DNA of 64,000 nucleotides, taken from an uncultured delta proteobacterium. Lineage in GTDB: Bacteria > Desulfobacterota > Syntrophia > Syntrophales > Smithellaceae. Position numbers and translations under genes: made by a program. The DNA lies in NCBI GenBank assembly GCA_963753975.1, contig CAVWEH010000005.1, positions 56,938 through 120,937 on the forward strand, given 5' to 3'. The notes under the pieces were generated by a model. It did not search any database. It was not told where the DNA came from and was given only the letters and a program-made list of their open reading frames with translations. This document shows positions 9,074 to 19,774 of this stretch, one piece after another (positions within the stretch are counted from its first letter, which is position 1; each line of letters opens with the position of its first letter).

Positions 9074-9517
9074 ATGATAAAAACATTTTTTGTTTTTAGT
9101 CTTGCCGTTTTGTTTGTAGGTTGCGCTGGTTCCCGCCCGGCGCGTCTGGGCGTCACGGATGGAAAATTTATCCCCTGCCCTGATTCCCCCAATTGCGTTT
9201 CCTCCCAATCTTCCGATAAGTCACATGCCATAGAACCTCTCTATTATAAAGGAAGCGCCTCTGAGGCCAGGGCTCGACTTCTGACCGCAATTAAGGGCAT
9301 GAAGCGAGCAAATATCGTTACGGAGAAGGAGAATTATATTCATGCCGAGTTTGCTTCCGCCGTCTTTCGTTTTGTCGATGATGCAGAGTTTTACATCGAT
9401 GATAGTCAAAAGGTAATCCATCTCCGGTCTGCCGCCCGCTTGGGGTATTCTGACTTCGGCGTGAATCGTCAGCGGATGGAAACGATCAGACAACTTTTTA
9501 ACAGCCCATCGCCATAA
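9074..9517 (+). CDS. DUF1499 family lipoprotein
   Basis: It has the lipobox LFVGCAG and CPDSPNCVSSQ, typical of DUF1499. The RBS is AAAGGAGAGAG. Confidence 0.7.
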   Translation: MIKTFFVFSLAVLFVGCAGSRPARLGVTDGKFIPCPDSPNCVSSQSSDKSHAIEPLYYKGSASEARARLLTAIKGMKRANIVTEKENYIHAEFASAVFRFVDDAEFYIDDSQKVIHLRSAARLGYSDFGVNRQRMETIRQLFNSPSP

Positions 9518-9534
9518 CGGCCGACGGTGATTTT

Positions 9535-9870
9535 TTGAGTAGGAAACCATTGGAGAGGGAATACAAAACAATTGAGGCAATGATTGGCCTTTCCTGCCGG
9601 GAACGCCACGGCACAAACGAGGGTGAGCTTTGTCCAGCGTGTCAGGAACTTTTAGCTTATGCAAAAGCCCGTCTCGATAAATGCCTTTATCGGGAAAATA
9701 AGCCCACATGCGCCAAATGTCCTATTCACTGCTACAAACCGGCGATGAGGGAACGCATTCGCGAAGTGATGCGCTATGCCGGGCCGTGCATGCTTAGGCG
9801 TCATCCTGTTCTCGCTATCCGCCATTTACTGGACGGCTGGAAAACAATACCCCGCCCACCTAAGGGTTGA
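9535..9870 (+). CDS. nitrous-oxide-stimulated promoter family protein (YgbA-like Cys-rich protein)
   Basis: The Cys pattern CPACQELLAYAKARLDKC...KPTCAKCPIHCYKP followed by MRYAGP is characteristic of this family. The TTG start is uncertain. Confidence 0.65.
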   Translation: MSRKPLEREYKTIEAMIGLSCRERHGTNEGELCPACQELLAYAKARLDKCLYRENKPTCAKCPIHCYKPAMRERIREVMRYAGPCMLRRHPVLAIRHLLDGWKTIPRPPKG

Positions 9871-9965
9871 ACCGTAAAATTGATTATGGTATAAAAATAC
9901 CGCTAGTTTATTTCAGTATTGCGAATTGATGCCCCGAAAATAAAAATTGAGGAGGTGTAGGCGCG

Positions 9966-10328
9966 ATGACAGATGAAACCAAGAAAAAAGAACAGCACGA
10001 CGAGATACATCTGGAAAAATTGACAATCAAGGAACTGCGGGAAATTGCCGCGGAGTTTCCCCATGAAAAGGCGATCCTCGACATGAAGAAAGAAGAAATT
10101 ATCTCCTTCATCAAGGAAGCCCGGGGCATCAAAGAAGAAACGCCCGTTAAGAAAAAGAAGAAGGGCGTAAAAATTAAGATGACCAAGGTGGAGCTGAAAG
10201 CCAAGATTCGTGAATTGAAAGGATTAAGATTGAAGGCGCTCGAGGAGAAGGATAGTAAAAAAGCCATACTCCTGCGGCACCATGTCAGCCGGCTAAAGAA
10301 ACTATCAAGACGAGTTACCGCGGCCTGA
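9966..10328 (+). CDS. hypothetical Lys/Glu-rich protein with Rho-N/HeH-like helix (LTIKELREIAAEF)
   Basis: It is a clean ORF with a GGAGG RBS. I see only a weak motif-level resemblance to known families. Confidence 0.5.
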   Translation: MTDETKKKEQHDEIHLEKLTIKELREIAAEFPHEKAILDMKKEEIISFIKEARGIKEETPVKKKKKGVKIKMTKVELKAKIRELKGLRLKALEEKDSKKAILLRHHVSRLKKLSRRVTAA

Positions 10329-10426
10329 ATCCAAGCAAGATACTCCAGACGAAGTCATTCTCCAACGCATAGATGTATTAAAGATCAAATTGAGCAAAAA
10401 AAGCATCATTTAAAAGGAGGAAAAAC

Positions 10427-10930
10427 ATGGAAGGAAAAACAATACGTGAGAGCACTATTATCATGGCCCAGCTGATGAATCCTCAGGATGCAAATCCTGC
10501 CGGAAACGTCCATGGCGGAGTCATCATGAGGCTTATTGATAATGCGGCCGGTTGCGCGGCTTGCCGCCACTCGAGGTCCAATGTCGTTACGGCCTCCATT
10601 GACCGGATGGATTTCCATAATCCCGTTTTTGTGGGAGACCTTGTGACCCTGAGGGCCAGCTTAAACTTTGTCGGAAAAACGTCAATGGAACTCGGTGTCC
10701 GGGTGGAGGCGGAAAATCTCATTACCGGTCGGAGACGCCATACGGCATCCGCCTATTTGACTTTTGTAGCCCTGGACAAAAATGGCCGCCCCCTGCCTTT
10801 ATCTCCCCTGGTTGTCGAGACAGACGAAGAGAAGCGGCGAAACCAGGAGGCTAAAGACAGACGCAAGGCAAGGCTCGCGGAAAAAACAAAAGAAAAACAA
10901 TGCCAGGCTGATGCGAATTGCGCTGTATAG
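10427..10930 (+). CDS. acyl-CoA thioesterase (hotdog fold, YciA-like)
   Basis: It has NPQDANPAGNVHGGVIMRLIDNAAG and ASIDRMDFHNPVFVGD. The RBS is AAGGAGG. Confidence 0.8.
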   Translation: MEGKTIRESTIIMAQLMNPQDANPAGNVHGGVIMRLIDNAAGCAACRHSRSNVVTASIDRMDFHNPVFVGDLVTLRASLNFVGKTSMELGVRVEAENLITGRRRHTASAYLTFVALDKNGRPLPLSPLVVETDEEKRRNQEAKDRRKARLAEKTKEKQCQADANCAV

Positions 10931-10960
10931 AGGAAAATAAAGGAGAGTTAGAAAAAATTA

Positions 10961-11206
10961 TTATCCTCCGTACATCACATGGAAAAGGTTTAAGAGCGAT
11001 CCATTGACTAGCTTTTCCTCCAATGGCAAAATGCGGCCTTCCATGATTACCGTTGCACCCGGAGAGGTTGGTATTCCCAATAGGGCCAAAAGATCGGCCG
11101 TTTTCGACCCTTCGGGAATATCCATTTCCAGACCCTTATCAGGCCTATAATCAGGTATTTTTCTTTTCAACTCCCCAAACAATTTTACCGTGATCTTCAT
11201 CCCCAA
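10961..11206 (-). CDS. MoaD/ThiS-family ubiquitin-like sulfur-carrier protein (C-terminal GG)
   Basis: It is 81 aa, ends in ...HVMYGG and lies immediately downstream of AOR. The start is either 11206 (TTG) or 11200 (ATG). Confidence 0.7.
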   Translation of the reverse strand: MGMKITVKLFGELKRKIPDYRPDKGLEMDIPEGSKTADLLALLGIPTSPGATVIMEGRILPLEEKLVNGSLLNLFHVMYGG

Positions 11207-11212
11207 GACTCA

Positions 11213-12931
11213 TCAGAAAGAAAAAGTGGTATCCATTTCGACATCGGTAACTGTAAACACCGTGTTATGAGGCGGCAGAGCTTCTTTATAGAAAAATTCG
11301 GGAAGCCGGTCATCCTTGTTGGTGAAGCCCGCTCTGCGGTTAAATTCTCTTTCCGCCTGCAGAGTGCGAACTCCCAAATGGCCAATGGCATCGGGGCCAA
11401 GCGGCGTGCCCAATTTAGCGCCAAGCGCTTTAAGAAATGCTGCGCCTGCTTCCGGCGCTTCCAGGGCGACAGCCGCCAGGATACAAAGACCGATGCTATC
11501 CATAGCAGCCATAGCGATCTGGGCATTGCGCGAGGCCTTGACCTGTCCTGCGGGTTTAAGAGGATCGAGCTTTCCGGCCATATATTGACCAATGACGTTT
11601 CCGGCCGTATGGTCGGCGCCCATGGGCGAGGTGGCATAGGTAACGCCGTTTCCCTGCATGGCTCTCGGGTCATAGGCGGCAATGCTCTGATTCTTAACCG
11701 CCGGAATCCGGAGATGGTTGAAACGGCGACCGACAGCCGCCGGACCGTCTCCCAGCACCTTGCCCATTTCCGTGCCACGGCCTATCTCTTCCAGCATTCC
11801 GATTGCGGCCTGACTATCCTCAAATTTCTTGTATCCCGCATCCATGGCCACGGCCAAAGCAACGCCGGTGTTCATGGTATCGAGTCCGATGTCGTCGCAG
11901 AGAAAATCCAGGCGGGCGATGGTATCCAGATCTTTTATTCCAGTCATGCCGCCAAAGGCCCAGATCGTCTCGTATTCAAGGGAGGAGGTAAGATATTTTC
12001 CCTGTTTATCCATAAACACATTGGAGCAATGGATAATGCATTGGGCGCAACCCATGTGGCCGGGACCGCCGCCCCGCTCCTTCATGATCTTGGTCAGGTT
12101 TTCTCCGCTGATATTTTCCCAACCGGGAAGAACTCCTTTGGTGGCATTATAACTGGGGAAGGCGCCCATAGAATTTACCGCGGCCACTAATCCGGCAGTT
12201 CCCAGGTTCGGCAAAAACTGGCCGCTGAACGGATTTTCTTTAACTTTAAGGGCAAAGATTTTGGCGGCTTCCTTAAAGGCCTCCGGATCGGCAATCACAT
12301 CGGGATTCTTCCCGCGCCGATCCACGACCAGGGCTTTCAAACCCTTAGAACCCATAACCGCTCCCAGCCCTCCGCGCCCCGCCGCCCGGCAGGGGTGATC
12401 GTCAACATCCGAGGATTGAATGGAAGCGGATTTCATAAGATATTCACCGGCCGGGCCGATGCCCATGACGGAAGTCCTGTTTCCATAGGTTTTGATTAAT
12501 TTATCCACCAAACTATAGGTGCGCATTCCTTTGTATTCCTTGGCCTCTATGAGGCTGGCCTGGCCGTTTTCATCAATCCGCAGGATAAACATTTCCCCCT
12601 TAGCGGCCTGACCTTCGACAACGATTGCTGTAATCCCTAGGTGTCCCAAAGCGGCGGCGATGGTGCCTCCGGCATTGCTTTCTTTGATGGTGCCAGTCAA
12701 AGGACTTTTAGCGCCTACAGAAAGCCTGCTGGTATTAACCAGATTCGTTCCGCTTAAAAGCCCGGGGGCAAAAATAAGCTTATTTTCCGGGCCTAAGGGG
12801 TTGCATTTCGGCGGCACTTCGGCGTTGATCATAGTTGAGGTCAAGCTCCTGCCTCCCAGACCGAGATAAGGCTTAGGCACATCTTCAACGCGAATACTCT
12901 TCCGCGACATATCGACTCTTATGAATTTCAT
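11213..12931 (-). CDS. aor: aldehyde:ferredoxin oxidoreductase (tungsten AOR family)
   Basis: The N-terminus is MKFIRVDMSRKSIRVEDVP...GLGGRSL. The C-terminal AOR motifs include GDGPAAVG...AYDPRAMQGNGVTYATSPMGADH. ATG 12931 follows AGGAGA. The longer ORF-track start 13015 is rejected. Confidence 0.9.
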   Translation of the reverse strand: MKFIRVDMSRKSIRVEDVPKPYLGLGGRSLTSTMINAEVPPKCNPLGPENKLIFAPGLLSGTNLVNTSRLSVGAKSPLTGTIKESNAGGTIAAALGHLGITAIVVEGQAAKGEMFILRIDENGQASLIEAKEYKGMRTYSLVDKLIKTYGNRTSVMGIGPAGEYLMKSASIQSSDVDDHPCRAAGRGGLGAVMGSKGLKALVVDRRGKNPDVIADPEAFKEAAKIFALKVKENPFSGQFLPNLGTAGLVAAVNSMGAFPSYNATKGVLPGWENISGENLTKIMKERGGGPGHMGCAQCIIHCSNVFMDKQGKYLTSSLEYETIWAFGGMTGIKDLDTIARLDFLCDDIGLDTMNTGVALAVAMDAGYKKFEDSQAAIGMLEEIGRGTEMGKVLGDGPAAVGRRFNHLRIPAVKNQSIAAYDPRAMQGNGVTYATSPMGADHTAGNVIGQYMAGKLDPLKPAGQVKASRNAQIAMAAMDSIGLCILAAVALEAPEAGAAFLKALGAKLGTPLGPDAIGHLGVRTLQAEREFNRRAGFTNKDDRLPEFFYKEALPPHNTVFTVTDVEMDTTFSF

Positions 12932-13123
12932 GGCTTTCTCCTTTTTGCCGGGATTTGTTACTACCCAATTCCGCGTAAGAACAATCAACGGACTGCTATA
13001 ACCAAAAACATGCACATTTGATAAGCGGACAGCTTTTTGACTGTATGCTTATTATAATAAGAATATAAAGCAAACACAAAGGGTGTCAAGGAGAAAACAT
13101 CTGACCCATTTAAGGAATGAGAA

Positions 13124-13918
13124 TCATCGAAGAGCGTCTTTAATTTCACGTCCGTATTTAGAAACAATTTCTATCAAATTGTTATTGTTTTTGTTTTCAT
13201 CAATCAAGCGGACGACGGCGCTGCCGATGACAATCCCGTCGGCAAAACGCGCGATTTCGCTTGCCTGTTTCGGATTCGAAATACCGAATCCTACCGCCAG
13301 GGGCAATTTCGTGATCTTCCTGATTTTGCTTACTTCCTGTTTGATATCTTCAATTTTGGGGGCGGCCGTTCCGGTGACGCCGGTAATGGAAATATAATAA
13401 AGAAATCCTGCGGCCTCGGCGGCAATCAAGCGCAATCTTGCCATCCCGGTTGTCGGGGCGACAAGAGAAATAAAATCAATGCTATGAGCGTCGGTATATT
13501 TTCTCAATTCCTGCGCTTCTTCGTGCGGCAGGTCAACCACCAGAACACCGTCCACACCGGCCGTTTCTGCCGCTTGGGCAAACTTTTTTGTTCCATAGGC
13601 AAAAATAGGATTGTAGTAGCCAAAGAGCACGATCGGAACCGGCGAAGTTTCCCGGATAGCGGAGACCAAATCCAGCACACTTTGCAGAGTTGTTCCCGCC
13701 TTTAGCGCCCGCTGTGACGCCGCTTGAATTACCGGGCCATCGGCTGTCGGATCGGAAAAGGGAACGCCGATTTCCAGAATGTCGACCCCCGCAGCGGCTA
13801 AGCTCAAAATCAATTCTTTCGTTACGGCAAGTGAAGGATCACCTGCCGTTAAATACACGATCAGCGCTTTTTCATTCCTTTCGCGCAACAGGTTAAATTT
13901 TTCAGTAATTCGCCCCAT
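13124..13918 (-). CDS. trpA: tryptophan synthase alpha chain
   Basis: The motifs are [28 protein letters not shown] and GFGISNP. It is the last gene of the trp operon. Confidence 0.95.
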   Translation of the reverse strand: MGRITEKFNLLRERNEKALIVYLTAGDPSLAVTKELILSLAAAGVDILEIGVPFSDPTADGPVIQAASQRALKAGTTLQSVLDLVSAIRETSPVPIVLFGYYNPIFAYGTKKFAQAAETAGVDGVLVVDLPHEEAQELRKYTDAHSIDFISLVAPTTGMARLRLIAAEAAGFLYYISITGVTGTAAPKIEDIKQEVSKIRKITKLPLAVGFGISNPKQASEIARFADGIVIGSAVVRLIDENKNNNNLIEIVSKYGREIKDALR

Positions 13919-13920
13919 GC

Positions 13921-15111
13921 CTATATGACTCCCATCTCAGCAATTGTTTGTGCGTCTTTATCTCCCCTGCCGGAAAGACAAATAACGATGATTTTATTTT
14001 TGGCCATTTCGGGCGCTATCTTCATGGTATAGGCAACCGCGTGCGCGCTCTCCAACGCGGGAATAATGCCTTCGTTCTCGGATAAAAAGGAAAAAGCCTC
14101 GATTGCTTCTTTATCGGTTACAGTCACGTATTTAATTTGTTTTGTTGTATGGAAATAAGCATGTTCGGGGCCGACTCCCGGATAATCTAAGCCCGCAGCA
14201 ATCGAATATGCGTCGCGCACCTGTCCATGCTCATCCTGCAAAAGATAAGTTTTGTTTCCGTGCAAAACACCCACCTTCCCCGCATTGATGCTGGCTGAAT
14301 GCTTGCTTGTATTCAGGCCGTGACCTGCCGCTTCGACTCCGTACATGGCGATTTTCTTTTCTCCGCGGAAGGGATAAAAAAGCCCCATCGCGTTACTGCC
14401 GCCGCCCACGCAGGCAACTAAAATATCCGGGTTCCTGCCTTCCATTTTTTGGATTTGTTTTTTCGTCTCCCGGCCGATGACCGATTGAAAGTCGCGCACC
14501 ATCTGCGGATACGGATGCGGTCCGGCTGTTGTGCCGATGATATAGAAGGTATCACGAACACTGGACACCCAGTAGCGCATGGCTTCGTTCATCGCGTCTT
14601 TGAGCGTCGCCGTGCCGCTTTTCACGGGAACGACTTCGGCACCCAATATTTTCATGCGAAAAACATTGGGCGCCTGACGGCGGATATCTTCCTCTCCCAT
14701 AAATATTTTGCATTCCATACCAAAGAGCGCCGCAACTGTTGCCGTCGCCACACCATGCTGTCCCGCGCCGGTTTCCGCAATGACTTTTTTCTTCCCCATC
14801 CGGCGGGCTAGGAGCGCCTGCCCTAGCGTATTGTTTATTTTGTGCGAGCCGGTATGATTCAAATCTTCCCGTTTCAGATAAATTTTAGCCCCGCCCAACG
14901 CTCTTGTCATACGCTTGGCAAAATAAAGCGGAGTTTCGCGTCCCGCATAGTCTTTCCGATAATAGGCAAATTCTTTTTGAAAGGATTTATCTTTCTTTGC
15001 CGCGGTATATGCTTTTTCTAAATCGAGTAGCGCGGGCATTAATGTCTCGGCGGTATAGCGTCCGCCGAAAATGCCGAAGTGTCCGTTTTCATCCGGTAGA
15101 GCGTCTTTCAT
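13921..15111 (-). CDS. trpB: tryptophan synthase beta chain (TrpB1 type)
   Basis: The motifs are [30 protein letters not shown] and GGGSNAMG. Confidence 0.95.
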   Translation of the reverse strand: MKDALPDENGHFGIFGGRYTAETLMPALLDLEKAYTAAKKDKSFQKEFAYYRKDYAGRETPLYFAKRMTRALGGAKIYLKREDLNHTGSHKINNTLGQALLARRMGKKKVIAETGAGQHGVATATVAALFGMECKIFMGEEDIRRQAPNVFRMKILGAEVVPVKSGTATLKDAMNEAMRYWVSSVRDTFYIIGTTAGPHPYPQMVRDFQSVIGRETKKQIQKMEGRNPDILVACVGGGSNAMGLFYPFRGEKKIAMYGVEAAGHGLNTSKHSASINAGKVGVLHGNKTYLLQDEHGQVRDAYSIAAGLDYPGVGPEHAYFHTTKQIKYVTVTDKEAIEAFSFLSENEGIIPALESAHAVAYTMKIAPEMAKNKIIVICLSGRGDKDAQTIAEMGVI

Positions 15112-15770
15112 ATTTTCCTCTTCGCAAAAATTAATGGTGCATCGTCGGTCTTAGAACTTACCTCATGCACAATATCGAATAGCTTGGCCAGTTTCCCCTG
15201 ATCTTTTTTGCCGGGGGATTTTTCCACGCCGCTGTTAATATCCAGCGCATGAGGCGCAATTTTTTCCATTGCTTCTCTTATATTCTCCGCGTCTAAACCA
15301 CCGGAAAGGATCAGCGGCTTTTTATTTTTGATGCGCGAGGCCAGATCCCAATTCGCTTTCTTGCCGGTGCCGCCGTAAAGACCGCGCTCTCGGCTGTCCA
15401 CCAATATAGCTGCTGCATCGTAGCTCAAAGCATGATTCAAATCGTCGTCATTTTTTAGCTGAACGGCTTTAATGACCTGCGCTGCCGGAAATTGAAAGCA
15501 GTACTCTGGCGATTCATTGCCGTGCAGCTGAACAAAATCAAGCCCGCAATATTTGACGACTCTTTTCACTTCTGCGGCATTCTCGTCGACAAAGACGCCG
15601 ACCTTCGCTACCTCATCCGGCAGCATACTAACGATCTTGCGGGCATCCTCAGGTTTTATATAGCGCGGCGAGCGCAGATAAAAGATAAAACCCAGCGCAG
15701 CAGCACCTAATATAGCCGAGCAAAGAGCGTCCTCTTCATTGGTTATTCCACAAATTTTAATTTGTGTCAT
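15108..15770 (-). CDS. trpF: phosphoribosylanthranilate isomerase
   Basis: It has [10 protein letters not shown] and FVQLHGNE, and ATGA overlaps with both neighbouring genes. Confidence 0.9.
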   Translation of the reverse strand: MTQIKICGITNEEDALCSAILGAAALGFIFYLRSPRYIKPEDARKIVSMLPDEVAKVGVFVDENAAEVKRVVKYCGLDFVQLHGNESPEYCFQFPAAQVIKAVQLKNDDDLNHALSYDAAAILVDSRERGLYGGTGKKANWDLASRIKNKKPLILSGGLDAENIREAMEKIAPHALDINSGVEKSPGKKDQGKLAKLFDIVHEVSSKTDDAPLIFAKRKI

Positions 15771-16546
15771 TTCGGCTTTTTTCCTTTAAACGCATGCAGC
15801 TTTTCCCCTATATCCGCTGCTGTAATCAGCGCTTCACCGATCAAGAAAGCATGGATATTTGCCTGCAGCAAAAATTCTATGTCTGCTCTCGACATAATGC
15901 CGCTTTCGGCCACGACAATTTTGTGAGCGGGAATTTGCGCCCCAAGCTTGCGGCTGGTTTCTATATCGGTAACGAACGTATCCAGGTTTCTGTTATTGAT
16001 CCCGATTATCTGGGCACCGGCGGATAGGGCCGAATCCAGCTCCGCTTTCGTGTGCACTTCTACAAGCGCACTTAATCCAATTTCCTTAGCCAATAACATA
16101 AAGTCCCGCAACTTGGCCCCTAAAACATGCGCAATCAATAAAACGGCATCAGCGCCGATGGTGCGCGTTTCATAAATCTGTATGGGATCAATTATAAAAT
16201 CTTTCCGCAGGAGGGGCAGCCCGACTTCTTTTCTGATTTGGGTCAGATAATTTTTATGCCCGGCGAAATATTTTTCGTCGGTCAAAACAGATATAGCGGC
16301 AGCACCGTTTTTTTCATAAACGCGGGCAATTCTAACCGGATCGAAATCGTCAATGAACGTGCCCCGGGAAGGCGAGGCGCATTTCACTTCGGCTATGATC
16401 GCGCACTTCTTTGCGCTAAGCGCGCGGCGGAAATCCCGGCACGGCGGGAGCCCTGCAATTGCTTTTTCCAAAAGGGCTGCGTTCGTTTGCTTTTTTAGCT
16501 CCCGCACTTCGGTTTTCTTGGTTTTAATAATTTTGTCGAGAATCAT
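15767..16546 (-). CDS. trpC: indole-3-glycerol-phosphate synthase
   Basis: The motifs are IIAEVKCASPS, LRKDFIIDPIQIYE and IGINNRNL. Confidence 0.9.
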   Translation of the reverse strand: MILDKIIKTKKTEVRELKKQTNAALLEKAIAGLPPCRDFRRALSAKKCAIIAEVKCASPSRGTFIDDFDPVRIARVYEKNGAAAISVLTDEKYFAGHKNYLTQIRKEVGLPLLRKDFIIDPIQIYETRTIGADAVLLIAHVLGAKLRDFMLLAKEIGLSALVEVHTKAELDSALSAGAQIIGINNRNLDTFVTDIETSRKLGAQIPAHKIVVAESGIMSRADIEFLLQANIHAFLIGEALITAADIGEKLHAFKGKKPK

Positions 16547-16631
16547 ATCTTCCTCATCCCGCGTCGCTTCGCTCCTGGGATAATTCGACCAGCAAGCTTC
16601 AGCGCACTTTGTTTCTGAAGCTTGGGTCTCA
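16547..16631. repeat. family-1 hairpin repeat unit inside the trp operon (trpD-trpC spacer)
   Basis: CATCCCGCGTCGCTTCGCTCCTGGGATAATTC is followed by a perfect 10-bp stem, CAAGCTTCAG (16593-16602) pairing with CTGAAGCTTG (16615-16624), then GGTCTCATTAAC. It matches 19918-19950 plus 19771-19830. Confidence 0.8.
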
Positions 16632-17642
16632 TTAACTGTTGCTCATTTCAATTAGCGCTTGTAATTTCTTTACCGCCGCGCCGCTGTCGATGCATTCGGC
16701 CGCAATCGCGATTCCTTCTTTTAAGTTTTCTGCCTTTTCTCCGGCAACGATCGCCAAAGCAGCGTTCAGCAAAACAATGTTGCGGCAAGCGCCGTTTTTC
16801 CCGGAAAGAACATCTCTGGCAATCCGGGCATTCAGGGCCGGATCGCCGCCACGAATGGCTTCCAGCGGATCAATTCTCCCAAAATAGTCCGTCGGATTAA
16901 TGTTGTAGGTTCGAATAATTCCGTCTTTTAGTTCCGCCACGCGTGTTTCGCTGCTTATCGTGACTTCGTCCAAGCCATCCAAGCCATGAACAATGAAAGC
17001 TCTTTTCGTACCCATATTTTTCAACACATCGGCGAACATCTCGGCGAGTTTCGTATCATAAACGCCCAGAAGCTGCGCGGTTGCTCCGGCCGGATTAGTG
17101 AGCGGCCCCAGCATATTAAATATGGTGCGAATACCGATTTCGCGCCGCGGGCCAATGGCGTATTTCATCGCGCCGTGGAGTTTCGGCGCAAAAAGAAAGC
17201 CGATGCCGATTTGTTGTAGGCATTCTTCGACAATTTCCTGAGGCGCGCTGATATTAACGCCTAAGGCTTCCAGAACATCGGCACTGCCGCAGCCGCTGGA
17301 TACGGCACGATTGCCGTGCTTGGCCACAACAATTCCCGCCGCTGCAGCAACGAAAGCTGTCGTCGTCGATATATTGAAGGTATTTAGGGAATCGCCCCCC
17401 GTGCCGCAGGTATCCAAGATCGTGGTCGCGCAGGCATTCACCCGCGTTGCTTTCTGGCGCATGATGCGCGCCGCGCCGGTCACTTCCTCCACAGTTTCGC
17501 CTTTCATCCGCAATGCTGTAATCAAAGCGGCAATTTGTGCGGGAGTAGCGCTGCCTTCCATAATTTCTTCCATCGCCGCCATCATTTCTGCTTCGCGTAG
17601 ATCGATTTTTTTAACGGCTTTTTCAATCGCTTCTTTGATCAT
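16632..17642 (-). CDS. trpD: anthranilate phosphoribosyltransferase
   Basis: I place the start at [10 protein letters not shown] (ATG 17642), which overlaps the trpG stop as ATGA. The motifs are DTCGTGGDS and GPLTNP. The 56-aa Arg-rich extension in the ORF track is rejected. Confidence 0.9.
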   Translation of the reverse strand: MIKEAIEKAVKKIDLREAEMMAAMEEIMEGSATPAQIAALITALRMKGETVEEVTGAARIMRQKATRVNACATTILDTCGTGGDSLNTFNISTTTAFVAAAAGIVVAKHGNRAVSSGCGSADVLEALGVNISAPQEIVEECLQQIGIGFLFAPKLHGAMKYAIGPRREIGIRTIFNMLGPLTNPAGATAQLLGVYDTKLAEMFADVLKNMGTKRAFIVHGLDGLDEVTISSETRVAELKDGIIRTYNINPTDYFGRIDPLEAIRGGDPALNARIARDVLSGKNGACRNIVLLNAALAIVAGEKAENLKEGIAIAAECIDSGAAVKKLQALIEMSNS

Positions 17643-18226
17643 GAGAGAGGCTCCTTTCCTCCCGTATATTTTAAAAAGTTTCTGATGATGCGTTTGCCCT
17701 GCGGCGTCAAGACGGATTCCGGATGGAACTGGATGCCCTCCACCGGATATTCTCTGTGTCTGAGTCCCATAATTTCGCCTTCGGCGGTTTCGGCGCTGAT
17801 TTCGAGGCAATCGGGCAGGGACTCCCGTTTGACCAAGAGCGAATGATAACGTCCCGCAGAGAAAGGATTGGGCAAGCCAACAAAAATTGTTTTGCCGTCG
17901 TTGATTATCGGCGATGTTTTTCCGTGCATGATGCGCGAAGCGCGGATTATTTCACCGCCGAAGGCATAGCCGATGGATTGATGCCCCAGACATATTCCCA
18001 TAATCGGCACGTTTTTGTAAAATTCGCGGATAATATCCACGGTAAGTCCCGCCTCGCAAGGCGTGCAGGGACCCGGTGATATAAATATGCTTTGCGGCTT
18101 CAGTCTCTTTACTTCTTCGATTTCTATCCGGTCATTGCGGCGCACCTGGACATCTTCGCCCATTTGTCCCAGATACTGCACAATATTAAATGTAAAAGAA
18201 TCGTAATTATCAATCATTAAGATCAT
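17639..18226 (-). CDS. trpG: anthranilate synthase component II (glutamine amidotransferase)
   Basis: The motifs are [19 protein letters not shown] and QFHPES. Confidence 0.9.
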   Translation of the reverse strand: MILMIDNYDSFTFNIVQYLGQMGEDVQVRRNDRIEIEEVKRLKPQSIFISPGPCTPCEAGLTVDIIREFYKNVPIMGICLGHQSIGYAFGGEIIRASRIMHGKTSPIINDGKTIFVGLPNPFSAGRYHSLLVKRESLPDCLEISAETAEGEIMGLRHREYPVEGIQFHPESVLTPQGKRIIRNFLKYTGGKEPLS

Positions 18227-18229
18227 GCT

Positions 18230-19735
18230 TTATTCCTCCCGCTTGCCGTTCTCTAGAACAAAGCCGCCCGCCGCGAGCCTCACGGCCTGCTGCATCCCGC
18301 TGGCTTTATTGAGCGATTCCTGATGTTCTGACTCAGGATTGGAATCGTAAACAATGCCCGCTCCTGCCTGTACGTAAATTTTGCCGCCTTTTAAAACCAT
18401 CGTCCGGATCGTAATACAGAAATCCATATTCCCGCTGAAGCTGAAATAGCCGACGGCTCCGCCATAGGGTCCTCTTTTTACCTTCTCCAGTTCGCTGATA
18501 ATTTCCATCGCGCGGATCTTGGGAGCCCCGGTCAATGTTCCGGCCGGAAAGGTTGCGGCCAGAACGTCGAACGCATCTTTGCCTTTGGCCAATTGCGCGC
18601 GTACATTCGATACTAGGTGCATCACGTGCGAGTATTTTTCCACGACCATGTATTGATTAACCTGCACACTGCCAGTCTCGGCAACGCGCCCCAAGTCATT
18701 CCTCCCCAGATCGACCAGCATTACGTGCTCCGCCCGTTCCTTTTCGTCAGAGAGCAGCTCATCGGACAGGGCACGATCCTCCTGCTCTGTTTTTCCTCTT
18801 CTTCTTGTTCCGGCAATGGGCCGCAACTCCATCGTATCTTCCTCCTTGCGTACCATTACTTCCGGTGACGAGCCGATGAGCGTCAGATCGGCGAGCTTTA
18901 GAAAGAACAGGTAAGGCGAGGGATTGACAAAACGCAGCGCCCGGTAGAGATCAATGAGATTGCTGCGGCAATCGGTCTCGAAACGCTGCGAGAGCACAAC
19001 CTGGATTACATCTCCGGCAACGATGTATTCTTTGGCCTTCTCAATTACAGCTTTGTATTCATCAGGGGCCATATTAGAAACAAAATTCACTTCACTACGC
19101 GCGGCGGATATTATTGACTTGTGCGCTGATGCCGCCCCGATTGTCTCAATCATCCCTTCGATTTTCCGGCACGAAGCGGCATAACTTTCCTCCAGCGAAA
19201 CCGTTCCTTCCATGAAGGCGCAGGCGACGACTTTGATTGTATGGCGCACATTATCAAAAATCATGATCGAATCGCTGACCATAAAAATAGCTTCATCCAG
19301 ATTCAGATCATCCGGGGGGCTGGGCGGGAGTTTTTCGAAGTACCGCACCATCTCATAGCCCAGGTAGCCCACAGCGCCGCCGTAAAACCGAGGCAAGCCT
19401 GGGATGGCAACGGGCTTATATCGATCAAGCAAAGCACGCAGCAAACTAAGCGGATTACCTTTATGATTGCGGGCCGTGATTCTACCCTTCTCCTCGATCA
19501 TGACGTTATCGCCATGAACTCTAAAGACAACTCCGGCATCCGTCCCCAAAAAAGAATACCGGCCCCATTTCTCGCCTCCTTCAACACTTTCCAGAAGATA
19601 AACATGGTCTTTATTTTGAAGTTTCATTAAAACGGAAACCGGTGTTTCCACATCGGCTAATATTTCCCGATAAACCGGAATCAGGTTTCCGCTTTGCGCC
19701 AACTTTTCAAACTCGGCGAAACTGGGCTTATACAT
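18230..19735 (-). CDS. trpE: anthranilate synthase component I
   Basis: The motifs are LLESVEGGEKWGRYSF and GGAVGYFSFSGNMDFCITIRT. ATG 19735 follows AAGGAG. The 18-aa upstream extension in the ORF track is rejected. Confidence 0.9.
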   Translation of the reverse strand: MYKPSFAEFEKLAQSGNLIPVYREILADVETPVSVLMKLQNKDHVYLLESVEGGEKWGRYSFLGTDAGVVFRVHGDNVMIEEKGRITARNHKGNPLSLLRALLDRYKPVAIPGLPRFYGGAVGYLGYEMVRYFEKLPPSPPDDLNLDEAIFMVSDSIMIFDNVRHTIKVVACAFMEGTVSLEESYAASCRKIEGMIETIGAASAHKSIISAARSEVNFVSNMAPDEYKAVIEKAKEYIVAGDVIQVVLSQRFETDCRSNLIDLYRALRFVNPSPYLFFLKLADLTLIGSSPEVMVRKEEDTMELRPIAGTRRRGKTEQEDRALSDELLSDEKERAEHVMLVDLGRNDLGRVAETGSVQVNQYMVVEKYSHVMHLVSNVRAQLAKGKDAFDVLAATFPAGTLTGAPKIRAMEIISELEKVKRGPYGGAVGYFSFSGNMDFCITIRTMVLKGGKIYVQAGAGIVYDSNPESEHQESLNKASGMQQAVRLAAGGFVLENGKREE

Positions 19736-19774
19736 AATCTTCTCCTTGACCCCATCCCCTGCCTGCGGCGGGGA

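Noticed and set aside
11197-12190. Long ORFs overlapping the AOR gene: 11267..12190(+) of 307 aa and 11197..11778(-) of 193 aa.
   Set aside because: These are shadow frames of a strongly supported AOR CDS. Their products are Arg/Gly/Ser-rich low-complexity sequence with no motifs. The same reasoning rejects 26816..27511, 42463..42993, 47307..47828, 50537..51274, 53230..53766, 58042..58563, 59146..59550 and 62494..63258.
12932-13123. A Moco/Wco riboswitch upstream of the first AOR.
   Set aside because: The leader is AT-rich with only weak hairpins. I could not recognise the conserved GC-rich Moco-motif blocks. Only an Rfam scan could settle it.
17643-17810. A 56-aa Arg-rich N-terminal extension of trpD in the ORF track.
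   Set aside because: It overlaps trpG in another frame. The conserved TrpD N-terminus begins at [10 protein letters not shown], with an ATGA stop-start overlap at 17639-17642.
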